Positions 9,776 to 19,173 of a stretch of DNA of 64,000 nt are shown here, piece after piece. The notes beneath the pieces are model-generated. The model was not told the DNA's origin. It made no database searches and saw nothing but the letters and a program-made list of their open reading frames with translations. The first letter of the stretch is position 1. Every line of letters starts with the position of its first letter. A program made the position numbers and the translations under genes. Source of the stretch: an uncultured Verrucomicrobiae bacterium. Its GTDB lineage: Bacteria > Verrucomicrobiota > Verrucomicrobiia > Limisphaerales > UBA11358. Location: NCBI GenBank assembly GCA_963789335.1, contig CAWBKH010000013.1, positions 3,174-67,173 of the forward strand, in the 5' to 3' direction.

Positions 9776-9988
9776 ATGGAAAGCATTCCAGAAACTGAAA
9801 GCCCACCAGCGGCAACACCAGCCGAACGGCTGGCGTATTCCATCCAGGAAGCCGCCGACATGCTCGGTGTGAATTATTTTAGCGTTTACCGCCTCATCCA
9901 ACGTGGTAAGCTTAAAGTATGCAGGGCTTTGCGCGGCAAGCTGCTGGTGCCCCGCGCTGAATTGCTGAAACTGTTGCAAACCCAGTGA
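9776..9988 (+). CDS. Second excisionase-like HTH (HTH_17) protein
   Basis: LAYSIQEAADMLGVNYFSVYRLIQRGKL...LLVPRAELLKLL. Confidence 0.85.
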   Translation: MESIPETESPPAATPAERLAYSIQEAADMLGVNYFSVYRLIQRGKLKVCRALRGKLLVPRAELLKLLQTQ

Positions 9989-9994
9989 AGCGTT

Positions 9995-10567
9995 ATGAGC
10001 AGCCGATTTGATCGCCGCCGTCTGACGACGCTGGAGGCACAAGCCTGCATCGAAGCCACAGAGCACTTTGCCGAGCACTTAAAGCAATTTCGCGCCAGCC
10101 GTGCGACCGTTGATCGTCTGGAATGGGACGTGGCGAAAATCGCCTTGGCGGCAAACACGGCTGCTTCTCAAACACCGCAGGGAAATCCGATACCAGCCAA
10201 TGATGGCACGCAATGGCATAGGAGCGTGGACTTGACGGACAACATTTGTCTGTGTCACTGTCCCGTCACCGGCGGAATGGAATATGCGGCGGTGGAATAT
10301 TTCCCGGCTCGTGGGAGGCACGAAATCTGGAGCCGGGGGCCGAACGCCGTGGAAGTGTTGAGGGTATTCGTGCAGGAACAACGGAAGGCGTTGCAGGTTT
10401 GGGCGGAGGACTTGGCGGCGCAGGCAAAGGAATTTCTGGAGGAGAAATATCCCCGCCAGAACATGAGCCGCGCCGTCGGCAGTTTCATGCAATATCTCAC
10501 GCATGTAGATTTGAGGCAGCCTATCCAAGCACTAAACCAAAATCACAGTTGTGGTATCAGGATTTGA
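9995..10567 (+). CDS. Hypothetical protein
   Basis: 190-aa ORF starting 6 bp after the xis-like gene, same strand. Confidence 0.55.
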   Translation: MSSRFDRRRLTTLEAQACIEATEHFAEHLKQFRASRATVDRLEWDVAKIALAANTAASQTPQGNPIPANDGTQWHRSVDLTDNICLCHCPVTGGMEYAAVEYFPARGRHEIWSRGPNAVEVLRVFVQEQRKALQVWAEDLAAQAKEFLEEKYPRQNMSRAVGSFMQYLTHVDLRQPIQALNQNHSCGIRI

Positions 10568-10596
10568 ACGAATCCGCTGCGGGCGCAAACAAAGGC

Positions 10597-10624
10597 TTGA
10601 ATTACCATGACACTGCAATATGTT
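10597..10624 (+). promoter_or_regulatory. Sigma70-type promoter of tRNA-Thr(TGT)
   Basis: TTGAAT-N16-TATGTT followed by a GC-rich discriminator-like segment, 15 bp before the tRNA. Confidence 0.55.
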
Positions 10625-10639
10625 GCCAATCCGCCTTGG

Positions 10640-10714
10640 GCCGCGATAGCTCAGTGGTAGAGCATCCGATTTGTAATCGGACGGTCGTCAGTTCAAGCCT
10701 GACTCGCGGCTCCA
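10640..10714 (+). tRNA. tRNA-Thr (anticodon TGT)
   Basis: Cloverleaf: acceptor GCCGCGA/TCGCGGC, D arm GCTC/GAGC, anticodon arm TCCGA-TTTGTAA-TCGGA, T arm GTCAG-TTCAAGC-CTGAC, encoded CCA. Confidence 0.95.
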
Positions 10715-10736
10715 TTTGCTTTCGTCCAAACGCAAA

Positions 10737-10775
10737 AAATCCCGCACCGGCAGGAAGCGTGTCGTTGCGGGATTT
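10737..10775. terminator. Hairpin between the convergent tRNA and integrase (possible bidirectional terminator)
   Basis: AAATCCCGCA ... TGCGGGATTT inverted repeat. Confidence 0.45.
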
Positions 10776-10795
10776 GAGCCTGAACCGCCCGCCAT

Positions 10796-11887
10796 TTAGA
10801 ATGTCACCTTCAACGCCTCGCGCTGGCTGTGTTCGTCGCGCAAATGGCCGTAGGTCTTCATGCACAGCGCGCCGCCATCCTGATGCCCAAGCCAGCGGGA
10901 AACCGTCGGAATGTCCACGCCAGCCTCAATGCAGCGCGTCGCAAACAGATGCCGCAAATCATGGTGCGTGATGCGTTTGACGCCGGCCAGCTTCGCCGCC
11001 CGGTCTATGGACTTCTGGCACTCGAAAACCTGCATTACCGTTTTGTCCGCCGATTCTTTGGGCCGTTCCGCCCGCATTTTTTCCAACAGTTGCCGCAAGC
11101 TGCTATTCAGCGGAATCCAACGATCTTTGCCGTTCTTGGTGATGCGGGTGTGCAGCAATCCCTTTTCAAAATCCACATCGCCCCAAAAAACGTGCCGTGC
11201 TTCGTCTATCCGCAAACCGGAAAACGCCAGAAAACGAAACAGATTCGCGCAATCCTTTGCCTGACCCGCCCCCGATGTTTCAACATGCGTTGCCATTTCC
11301 TGAAATTGCGCCTGGGAGGGCAGGTGCAATTCCTTGGGCTTGACCGCGTGCCGGTCCACGAACCGGGCCGGATTGTCCACCCGGTAGCCGTGTTTAACCG
11401 CGATGTCGAAAATCCGGCGCACCACGCCCAACGCGCCGTTGAAGCGCGTGGGGCTGTAATCCTTGCCGTGGCGCGCCGCCCAATCGTTGCAATCCTTCTG
11501 GCTGATTTTGGCGATGTCGGTCGAATACAATTTGGGCCACGACTTTTCCAGTGCCTTGAGCACTTCCTGTTTGTAAAGTTTGGTGCGCGGCTTGTTGTTG
11601 TGGTCGTCCTGGATTTCCTTTTTGAACATTTCAATAATGACTTCGCCTTTGACCGACTGGCCTTTGTTGAGGGCCAGCCGCCGGTGATCGTGGAGAAAAT
11701 CGGAGAGCTTGAGCTTGGCCACGGTCAGGACGTGCGTTTCGAGGGAGCGGCGAATTAACTTGCCATTGACGCGGACGCGCCCAAAATATGTGCCGCTGGG
11801 TTTGTAGCGGAGCAGGTTTGGATACGGCGTCTTGACCCAATCCACATCTGCATTGCTCTTGGTTTGTAATCGTGATGTCGTTTTCAT
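10796..11887 (-). CDS. Tyrosine recombinase / phage integrase
   Basis: Catalytic motifs FSGLRIDE (R), ITKNGK (K), HDLRHLFAT (HxxR), LGH and KTYGH (Y); N-terminal arm-binding-like GTYFGRVRVNGKLIRRSL. Confidence 0.95.
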   Translation of the reverse strand: MKTTSRLQTKSNADVDWVKTPYPNLLRYKPSGTYFGRVRVNGKLIRRSLETHVLTVAKLKLSDFLHDHRRLALNKGQSVKGEVIIEMFKKEIQDDHNNKPRTKLYKQEVLKALEKSWPKLYSTDIAKISQKDCNDWAARHGKDYSPTRFNGALGVVRRIFDIAVKHGYRVDNPARFVDRHAVKPKELHLPSQAQFQEMATHVETSGAGQAKDCANLFRFLAFSGLRIDEARHVFWGDVDFEKGLLHTRITKNGKDRWIPLNSSLRQLLEKMRAERPKESADKTVMQVFECQKSIDRAAKLAGVKRITHHDLRHLFATRCIEAGVDIPTVSRWLGHQDGGALCMKTYGHLRDEHSQREALKVTF

Positions 11888-11983
11888 GGCTGGAAAGAAC
11901 ATACCATATACAAATCAAGTATGCAACCGCGAAAAATCTCATTGAGAATAACAGCATAGAATGCTTTATTATCAATGTGTTTA

Positions 11984-12058
11984 GCCAATGTAGCTCAGCG
12001 GTAGAGCAACGGTTTCGTAAACCGTCGGTCGCCGGTTCAATCCCGGCCATTGGCTCCA
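11984..12058 (+). tRNA. tRNA-Thr (anticodon CGT)
   Basis: Acceptor GCCAATG/CATTGGC, anticodon arm ACGGT-TTCGTAA-ACCGT, T arm GCCGG-TTCAATC-CCGGC, encoded CCA. Confidence 0.95.
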
Positions 12059-12060
12059 TC
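12038..12060 (+). repeat. attL: tRNA-Thr(CGT) 3' end
   Basis: CAATCCCGGCCATTGGCTCCATC is identical to 44756..44778. Confidence 0.9.
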
Positions 12061-12105
12061 CCTAACTGTGAGTGCTGCAATGAGTTATGAAAGCGGAACG
12101 GACGA

Positions 12106-12125
12106 GTGCCAGCTGAAGTGCCAGC
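12106..12125 (+). repeat. GTGCCAGC direct repeats (arm-type-like); a third copy lies at 44604..44611
   Basis: GTGCCAGC at 12106 and 12118, and again about 145 bp inside attR. Confidence 0.5.
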
Positions 12126-12130
12126 AGGAT

Positions 12131-12507
12131 TTAATTCTGGCGAATTCGGCAAAACTCCCACCTGCTCGCTGCTGTTTCATGCGCCTCGACCAATCGCTGG
12201 TCGTCCAGTGCCACCGCCAGCACCGATACCGATTTCGGTGCCGAGCAGGTGAAATCATAAAACACTCGGCGTTGACCTTCAGCTTTCTGCCGTTGCGTCA
12301 GCCGTTCACCGTCATTCGGATTTCGATTTTCGCAGAGTGCATAAAACCTTTCGCGGCTGACTTGATAGTTTAATCCCAGCCGTTCCACTCCCGTGCCGAT
12401 CCACTGGCCGGGGCGGATTTCACCGGCGGCGTAGTAATCGTTCTGCGACAGGTGCTCGACAAAGTAACCGCTGTTTCCAGACTTTTATGCGCGATGGCGC
12501 TAAACAT
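12131..12507 (-). pseudogene. MobF (TrwC-like) relaxase N-terminal remnant, frameshifted and truncated
   Basis: ATG at 12507 (MFSAIAHKSL). After a frameshift it reads GYFVEHLSQNDYYAAGEIRPGQWIGTG...RRVFYDFTCSAPKSVSVLA...RLVEAHETA (MobF DYY and D-x-T-x-SAPKSVS motifs) and ends before the HUH motif. Confidence 0.85.
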
Positions 12508-12725
12508 ACGGTGCCATTTTATCGGTTTTCTCGAAGGGCTTTGTGCTGATTCGGCACAACTTTTAATTTCCTGTCGGCTCTCATTTACAGTTTTGTCATT
12601 TTACCGGACGGCGAATCGTCAAAGGTGTCGTTGGGACACCAAACTGAATTTGCAGTTCAAGTTTTGTCGCGGAGTCAAATCGTGGCTGGACTTTGGAAAA
12701 AATTTGTGGTCTGCTGAGAGCTGAT

Positions 12726-12968
12726 ATGAATACCTCCCTCGTGAAATCAGTGCCGCAGGGCGATTTTGCGGAAGTCAGTGCGTTAATGAAGGGCTGGGAA
12801 AACAAATTTCAATCGCTGGTCAGCCAAAAGCAGCCGATCAAGTATGACATGTACCCATTGCCAAACATTCCCCGGGAATTAAAAACCTGGCTCGAGCAGC
12901 AGGGCTATTATGACTTGGTTTTGGAAAACGATCGATGGCAGCACTTTTTGGTTCCAAATTCAAATTGA
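12726..12968 (+). CDS. 80-aa hypothetical protein, copy 1
   Basis: 61/80 identical to 29632..29874; conservation of both copies supports coding. Confidence 0.7.
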   Translation: MNTSLVKSVPQGDFAEVSALMKGWENKFQSLVSQKQPIKYDMYPLPNIPRELKTWLEQQGYYDLVLENDRWQHFLVPNSN

Positions 12969-13183
12969 TTAGACTTTGAGGAGGCCGCGGGAATTTCTCT
13001 GGATAGCATGAGCGAGACGAGCCTGATCTTGCCGTGTTTGGGAGCTTGGTAAAACGTTGTATTGGTGGGGAGAAACATACGCTGCGTGAGTTAAGTTGGC
13101 GTAGGCAGCCGCGGAAGTCAGGGTGCTCAACCACACTTACGCGGGGAAGATCGGCTCTCCAAAAAGGAGCGTCCGTGCCCGTT

Positions 13184-14824
13184 TCAGAACTTGAGGGTCA
13201 GGTCCACCTGATAAATCTCGTAGTTATTGATGGGGTTTATCTGGGGGATGTCCTGACCGCTGCCACCGGTGCCCAGCGAATTGTTGATGCGGCTGGCGTC
13301 GCCCCAGCGGAAAGTGGCGATCAGGTTGTCGGTCAGCCCATAAGCCGCGGCCAGGTAGATGCCTTCCAGATTTTCTTGGCCCTCGAAAAAGTCCGTGTCC
13401 AGCAGATTAGGGTCCAGCGAATATTGTTCGATGTGCTGCCAGTAGGTCTTGATGTCCCACCCGTGCCGCTGCGCAGTTGTTCCATTGGCCATTCCCAAGC
13501 TGCCCCGGCTGGCCAGCTCCAAGCCGATTTGATAGGCTTTCACATCACTCGTTTGCGCGGAAAAAGAATGAGGTATGGCAATGCCGGGGTTGGAAGATAA
13601 AACAGCCTGGTAGGCGGTGGCGGCCTCGCGGGCCCGCTCTGCCCCATCCAGGTTGTAGGCCACATCGCCAAAGAGCCGGGCATCCAGCCGGCTGATTTTG
13701 AAATCGAATTCAAAGGGAACTTCCAACACCAACAGATGGTCGAGGCCGACTTGATTGAAAGGGTAATCGGCGCTTTGATAGCCAATCGCGCCCTGAGGCG
13801 CCGGGTTCGGGTATCCGCTGTAACCGGGCGCGTAGCCACGATTAGAACCACCGAAGTAATAATACGCACCTTCACCGATATAGGGATCGCCGAAATATGG
13901 GGAAAAAGCAGACGCGCTGTTCAGGCCACTCTGCTGAAGTCCAATATAATTGTATAACGTGGCTGCAATCTTCGCGGAAACGTTGGTGGTAATATGATAG
14001 TTAAAGCCGCCCTGCCAGGCAAACATGAAAATATTGTCCGCCTGCTGCCCGGTTCCTGCTGCTGTTCCACTAGGAATCCCCAGTCCTGCGGAGGCGGAAT
14101 TGGGGTCGAAGTCTGCGTAAAGAAATTGCCCAAGCGTGGCAAAGAAGTCCACCGGGCCGACGGTGTATCTCAAACGCTCCGCGAAGCCCTCCGGGCTGAT
14201 GCTCCCATTCCAAACCATAGGCGTGGTGTAGAGCGGATTGGGCATCTTGCCCACCGTCAAATCCACCCAATCCCACGGTCGCCAGCCAAGATACACCTGG
14301 CCAATGTTGATGCCCGAGTTGGATTTGCCGAAAGGGCCTTGGTACGGCGTGCTGCTCGAAGAGGTGCCCAGGGTGACAAAAGAGGAGCGCGGATTGTCGC
14401 CGGTGTCCAGCCTGACGCCATAGTAGAAGTTGTCAAACAGGTCGCCGCGCAAACCCAACCGCACCGCGTAACGAAAGCGCTGGAGGTCAATGCTGTTGCC
14501 CGCGGGGTCTTCCTCATAACGGTCCTCGTAACGCAGCCGGATGTCGCCAAACAGCTCCACGCTCCGAATACCCTGGCTGATCTTCCATTTGGAAGGCGGT
14601 GCCGAGGGCAGTTGCGTTTCGTTGGTGCGGAGCGCCTGCGCCTCGGCCTCGACCTGTTCGGCCTCCTGCTGCGTGACGAAGCCTTTCTTGATAAACAAAT
14701 CCAGCAGCGGGTCGGTGGTATTGGTGGAATCCGCACTCCATCCCCGGGTCGCTACGCTCACGAGTGCCATCATGATAATCCCTGCCAGCCAGGCTGCCCG
14801 GCACCTTGCTTTGATTATTCGCAT
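13184..14824 (-). CDS. Putative porin (Porin_5-type outer-membrane beta-barrel)
   Basis: Signal peptide; LLDLFIKKGFVTQQEAEQV N-domain; FGDIRLRYE...RFRYAVRLGL; C-terminal YQVDLTLKF with terminal Phe. Confidence 0.8.
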   Translation of the reverse strand: MRIIKARCRAAWLAGIIMMALVSVATRGWSADSTNTTDPLLDLFIKKGFVTQQEAEQVEAEAQALRTNETQLPSAPPSKWKISQGIRSVELFGDIRLRYEDRYEEDPAGNSIDLQRFRYAVRLGLRGDLFDNFYYGVRLDTGDNPRSSFVTLGTSSSSTPYQGPFGKSNSGINIGQVYLGWRPWDWVDLTVGKMPNPLYTTPMVWNGSISPEGFAERLRYTVGPVDFFATLGQFLYADFDPNSASAGLGIPSGTAAGTGQQADNIFMFAWQGGFNYHITTNVSAKIAATLYNYIGLQQSGLNSASAFSPYFGDPYIGEGAYYYFGGSNRGYAPGYSGYPNPAPQGAIGYQSADYPFNQVGLDHLLVLEVPFEFDFKISRLDARLFGDVAYNLDGAERAREAATAYQAVLSSNPGIAIPHSFSAQTSDVKAYQIGLELASRGSLGMANGTTAQRHGWDIKTYWQHIEQYSLDPNLLDTDFFEGQENLEGIYLAAAYGLTDNLIATFRWGDASRINNSLGTGGSGQDIPQINPINNYEIYQVDLTLKF

Positions 14825-14871
14825 GAGGTGGGAATGCTGCCGTTCCAATGCGGCGAATTCGTGGCGCGACG

Positions 14872-14888
14872 GTTACAAGTCGGTTACA
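14872..14888 (-). promoter_or_regulatory. Pho-box-like direct repeat upstream of the porin
   Basis: Gene sense TGTAAC-cgact-TGTAAC (11-bp period). Confidence 0.6.
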
Positions 14889-15035
14889 AACCGCAGGCGC
14901 TTTGTTCCAGTCGGTCTGTAGCAATGAAATAAAACCAAAATCAGGAACGAAGGTGGAGCAGAGGCCGCGTTCTTCCAGAAAAACCAATCATCCGGCTTTC
15001 TACCGAAAGCCGCTACGTTTGTAATTTCCAACAGA

Positions 15036-16259
15036 TCACCATCGCAGGACACGATAGCACCGTTGGGGAGTAACGGCGGGATCCGTCAGTTGCAGCATGC
15101 CGCCAGTGCCGGCGTGCAGCGGCAGCGATCGCCAGGCGCTATCGGTGAGGGAGTTTTTATATTCCAACTGATAGACCCGTCCGTTTTGCGTCGGCAGAGA
15201 GACGCTAAAACCGTTCGTTCCAAGAATGGGCTGGGTCAGCACCGCCTGGATCACTGGCGGACCGTTTCCCACCAATGCCAGACTATGCACGTCCCCGGCG
15301 GCAATCTGCACCACATCATTCAAGTTGGTCGGCACGATGTTTTGTAAGTAATCCACGTTAGTATCCGAACCGACACCGGCGCCCCAAGCCCACACGGTTC
15401 CATCGCTCTTCAATGCCAAGCTGTGCCAGCCCCCTGCCGCGATGGCCACGATATTGCTCAAACCCGTGGGAACATTGGTTTCACCGTAAGTGTCCAGCCC
15501 CCACGCAACCACAGTTCCGTTGGCCAGAAGGGCAAGATTGTGAAATCCCCCTGCCGCGATGGCCACGACGTTGCTCAAGCCGGCGGGAATGTTCGTCTCG
15601 CCATCGTCGTTATCTCCCCACGCAAACAAGGTGCCGTCCGACTTCAGCACCAGGTTATGATAGCCACCGGCGGCGATGGCCACCACATTGGACAAACCGT
15701 TCGGAACCGTTCCCTGGCCGTAATCCACATTCACGGAACCTTGCCCGCCCCAAGCGGCCAGGGTGCCATCGGATTTCAAAATCAGACAATGGTAAAAGCC
15801 GCACGCGACGGCCACCACATTGCTTGGATTTCCGGGGACATCAAGCTGTCCGTAGGTATAGTCCCCAACCACAGCCACCGTGCCATCCGACTTCAGTGCC
15901 AGACTGTGCAGTTCCCCGCAGGCAATCGCCACATAATTACTCCCCGCCGGAAAATCGGTCTGGCCCACCGAATCATCGCCCCAGCCTTGCAACGTGCCAT
16001 CGGCCTTCACTGCCAGACTTTGACGCCAACCGCCCGCTACTTGGACGGCATTAGTCAGATTGGAGGGGACCATAGACTGGCCATAATTATTTTGGTCCGG
16101 CGGATTGGAGACGAACGTTCCCGCTCCCCACGCGACCACGGCGGTTCCGGCGCGGACATCCAGCGCCAGACTGAACACCGCCAACATCAAGGCTGGCAAT
16201 TTCAAAAACAATCTGCCCCGGCACCCGGTCACGCATCGTATGCTGCTGATAACGGCCAT
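15036..16259 (-). CDS. Secreted RCC1-repeat beta-propeller protein with a C-terminal 'RxYRV' domain
   Basis: Repeated IAAGGxHxLALKSDGTVxAWG units; C-terminus PTQNGRVYQLEYKNSLTDSAW...GTGGMLQLTD...QRCYRV. Confidence 0.85.
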   Translation of the reverse strand: MAVISSIRCVTGCRGRLFLKLPALMLAVFSLALDVRAGTAVVAWGAGTFVSNPPDQNNYGQSMVPSNLTNAVQVAGGWRQSLAVKADGTLQGWGDDSVGQTDFPAGSNYVAIACGELHSLALKSDGTVAVVGDYTYGQLDVPGNPSNVVAVACGFYHCLILKSDGTLAAWGGQGSVNVDYGQGTVPNGLSNVVAIAAGGYHNLVLKSDGTLFAWGDNDDGETNIPAGLSNVVAIAAGGFHNLALLANGTVVAWGLDTYGETNVPTGLSNIVAIAAGGWHSLALKSDGTVWAWGAGVGSDTNVDYLQNIVPTNLNDVVQIAAGDVHSLALVGNGPPVIQAVLTQPILGTNGFSVSLPTQNGRVYQLEYKNSLTDSAWRSLPLHAGTGGMLQLTDPAVTPQRCYRVLRW

Positions 16260-16318
16260 TGTTCATACCTATAGTTCCCGTGGCTCGGCGCTGTCAAACA
16301 AGCTCATGCGTTTTGCTT

Positions 16319-16335
16319 GTTACAAATGGGTGACG
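16319..16335 (-). promoter_or_regulatory. Pho-box-like direct repeat upstream of the RCC1 gene
   Basis: Gene sense CGTCAC-ccatt-TGTAAC. Confidence 0.55.
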
Positions 16336-16715
16336 GGCTGGCTTGGTGGAAACTGACGACTGAAAGTATGTCCAGGTCCGGTTCGGTCATTTCAATCTGC
16401 CGCGGAAAACAGTCAAGAAGCGTTAAGAGTCGGCGGTTGGCAAGCCGGCGCTCCAGGGTTTTTCAATCCGGCCAACGTTACCTTCTTGCGACGAAGCCCT
16501 CCAAATCTCCAATCCGCGCTCCGGAATCATTTTAAGTTTAATGCAAACAACAACTTACAGTTTCGGCTTTCAAGTCTTAAAATAGACAACCCATGTCCTC
16601 TAACTTGAAGCGAATCAGTGTTGACCCATGATAAAGTTTTGCCTGTTGAACCACTTTGTGGTCAGGCACGGACAAATTGGAGAATGTCAAACAACAGCAA
16701 CAGCATTAAAATTAT

Positions 16716-17522
16716 ATGAAAAAATTAACCAGCGCAGCAATACTGATTGGCGGAGCCATCCTGGCTTCCCAATCCGCGTTCGCACAAACACAGACGTTCA
16801 CGGCGAACGACCTGTACTTTGGGTTTGAAAATTACAATGGGGGCGCGACGGAGGATTACATTATTGATCTCGGCCCGGCTTCCGGCATTGTCGGCGGTTC
16901 CTCCCCGGTCAATCTCAGCGGCGACTTTTCACTGAGCGACTTCAACGCGGTCTTGGGCGGCTCGGCCAGCCTCAATGCGGGCGTGGTTGGCGGCAGTCAG
17001 TACAACCCGCCCGGATGGGACATTTATGCCACGCAGTTGCGCAGTGGCGGACCCGGAAATCCGGCAATGCCAGGCTCCGTTATGAGCACTTCAGAGGGTC
17101 CAATCTCGACGTTTGGCGAATCTCAAATTTCAACCTCGATAGCGGCGCTTTCGACCCTGAATGCGCCCACGGCGGGAATCGGCCTTCTGGACACCAGCCT
17201 GTCGTGGACTTCCGACGTTGAGCCTGCTCCCAATCAGGCCATTCAAACTTTTTATGGAAACTCCGGCATCAATCCCAGCTCGGCCATCGGCAGCGGCGGC
17301 GTGCTTTACGAAGACCTCTGGAAGGCGACGGCCACCTATACCCAAGGCGGTGCCTTTCAATATGAGGGCTATCTTACACTGGACCTCAGCGGCGGCAGCC
17401 CGAACCTGACCTTCACACCCAACCCGACTGCGGTTCCCGAACCGACCGTCCTTGGTTTGCTCGGCGGCGCGGGGTTTTTGCTTCTTTCAATTCGCCGCCG
17501 GTTGAGCCGCAACAAGGCCTGA
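16716..17522 (+). CDS. PEP-CTERM sorting domain protein
   Basis: Signal peptide; C-terminal VPEPTVLGLLGGAGFLLLSIRRR. Confidence 0.9.
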   Translation: MKKLTSAAILIGGAILASQSAFAQTQTFTANDLYFGFENYNGGATEDYIIDLGPASGIVGGSSPVNLSGDFSLSDFNAVLGGSASLNAGVVGGSQYNPPGWDIYATQLRSGGPGNPAMPGSVMSTSEGPISTFGESQISTSIAALSTLNAPTAGIGLLDTSLSWTSDVEPAPNQAIQTFYGNSGINPSSAIGSGGVLYEDLWKATATYTQGGAFQYEGYLTLDLSGGSPNLTFTPNPTAVPEPTVLGLLGGAGFLLLSIRRRLSRNKA

Positions 17523-17597
17523 TTCGGTTTTGCAACTCATAAACACAAAACAGAGAACAAACAAACAAACAAACAATACAACAAGACCAACAAGATT

Positions 17598-18932
17598 ATG
17601 AAAATCAGCACTCACATCACTGCCGCGCTGCTCGCCTTGGGAATCGTCTCCCAGGCCGGCGCCGATCCTGTCGTTTACCTGACCGGTTCAACGGCCTTCC
17701 GCTCCACGGCTGACACAGCGATATTGAACAACACCGGCACCAACAACGGCGGCTTGTTTGATGCCGGTTCCGTCACCTATGTGACGTATGGCAACGCCAA
17801 TCCACTCAGCGCCAATTACCTGGTTGTGCATGGCACCATCAATAACGGCGCAACGCCCGTCTATCTTGACGTGGCGTGGAGCGGTTCCGAAGCCGGCATC
17901 GCCTCAGCCTGCAATACCACGCTTAAAAATACGGATCGCAACGGCAATGTCATCAATCTGGCCGGTTCGCCGGAGCAATGGCTTAACGTGAACGCGGTTG
18001 CGCTGAACGGCAGCGCCATCTCCACCAATCCGCCATCCTACCTGTTGGAAACCAACTCGGACGGAACAGCCGATTACCACGGAGGGGATCTGGCCCAGGC
18101 GGACACGTCCCAAGCGGTTTCCTGGACGCCATTTGTGGCCAACACGCAGCAAGCTATAACAAACTACGGCACTGAAGGCGTGGTCACGTTCGCCATTTCG
18201 AAAAATGTCCAGACAACGCCCTCGCAGGCCTGGCTGGATTGCACAAACATAACCATTCCTCAACTGACTGTCCTGACCGGTGCTGGCTTCCTGCCGGCAG
18301 GTTTCATAAGCGGGAATACAAGCGACGACAGCCAGTTCGTTTACCTTACGGGACGTAACCGGGGTTCCGGCACGCGGATGAACTTCTTGGCAGACCAACA
18401 TTACGGCACCAAAAACGGCGTCCAACAGTATTCCGTCGGCTTGGGAATTGAGGAGCCGGCGAATAACACGCTCATCCTCACCAACGAGGGCAACAACGGT
18501 TATGAAAGCGGCGGTGGAACTGTAAAAGCGCTGTTCATCCCCGGCAGTTGCCAGCAGACCGATCCATTTACCGGAAACAGCGGTTGGTTTGTCATCGGCT
18601 ATGCCAGTCCGGGAGATCTTCTGAATCCTGCCAACACTGTGGGCGTCAATAATTGGCTGACCGTAGATGGCGTGCCTTCTAATAACCAGACCATTGAGAA
18701 CGGCCAATGGTGGTATTGGGGCCATGAACATCTGTATGGCAAATACCAGATCAGCGGCATTCAGCAAACCTTGGGCACCGATCTGTTTAATGCCATCGTC
18801 AACACGCTTAACGTTCAGCAGCTTGGACTCCTTCCGGGAAATCACGATAACGCCATAGCCAAGCAATACATGAATTGCACCAAGAGCAGCGACTCGGCTT
18901 ATCCCACCCCAAGCGCCCCGGGTAATCCTTAA
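17598..18932 (+). CDS. Secreted PstS/DING-like periplasmic-binding-fold protein
   Basis: Signal peptide; N-terminal LTGSTAF, GRNRGSGTR (compare PstS R-x-x-GSGT), SGG and IGY motifs. Confidence 0.55.
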   Translation: MKISTHITAALLALGIVSQAGADPVVYLTGSTAFRSTADTAILNNTGTNNGGLFDAGSVTYVTYGNANPLSANYLVVHGTINNGATPVYLDVAWSGSEAGIASACNTTLKNTDRNGNVINLAGSPEQWLNVNAVALNGSAISTNPPSYLLETNSDGTADYHGGDLAQADTSQAVSWTPFVANTQQAITNYGTEGVVTFAISKNVQTTPSQAWLDCTNITIPQLTVLTGAGFLPAGFISGNTSDDSQFVYLTGRNRGSGTRMNFLADQHYGTKNGVQQYSVGLGIEEPANNTLILTNEGNNGYESGGGTVKALFIPGSCQQTDPFTGNSGWFVIGYASPGDLLNPANTVGVNNWLTVDGVPSNNQTIENGQWWYWGHEHLYGKYQISGIQQTLGTDLFNAIVNTLNVQQLGLLPGNHDNAIAKQYMNCTKSSDSAYPTPSAPGNP

Positions 18933-18972
18933 TCCGCTGGCAGCAAAGGGTTGAAAAGCGGTTTAACAACAC

Positions 18973-19004
18973 GGCCAGCGCGGACACCCTCCGCGCTGGC
19001 CTTT
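18973..19004 (+). terminator. Rho-independent terminator
   Basis: 12-bp perfect stem GGCCAGCGCGGA-caccc-TCCGCGCTGGCC followed by TTT. Confidence 0.65.
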
Positions 19005-19051
19005 CGGCTTATGCGAACGTATAATCAAAAGCCTTCCGAGTTGCCGCTAGG

Positions 19052-19137
19052 TTTTGGAGTGCGCCAGCCCTCTGGCGCTTTCCACACTGCGGCGGCATCG
19101 AGCGGCAGAGGACTGCCGCAGTCCAAGACGCTGCCGC
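19052..19137. repeat. REP doublet (GGAGTGCGCCAGCCCTCTGGCGCT family)
   Basis: The same unit recurs at 50468 and 52457; units are palindromic and in inverted arrangement. Confidence 0.75.
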
Positions 19138-19173
19138 GCCCGCGTTGGCCGATAGTTTAAACGAAGTATAAAA

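Noticed and set aside
2000-10640. An att repeat for tRNA-Thr(TGT), or a 5' tRNA fragment, at the left end
   Set aside because: No convincing match found by eye; the left element's boundary remains unproven.
10829-11758. 309-aa + strand ORF
   Set aside because: Antisense shadow of the integrase.
17904-18866. 320-aa minus-strand ORF (also 13994..14932, 22672..23787, 44783..45802, 47593..49290)
   Set aside because: Antisense to well-supported genes and without domain motifs.
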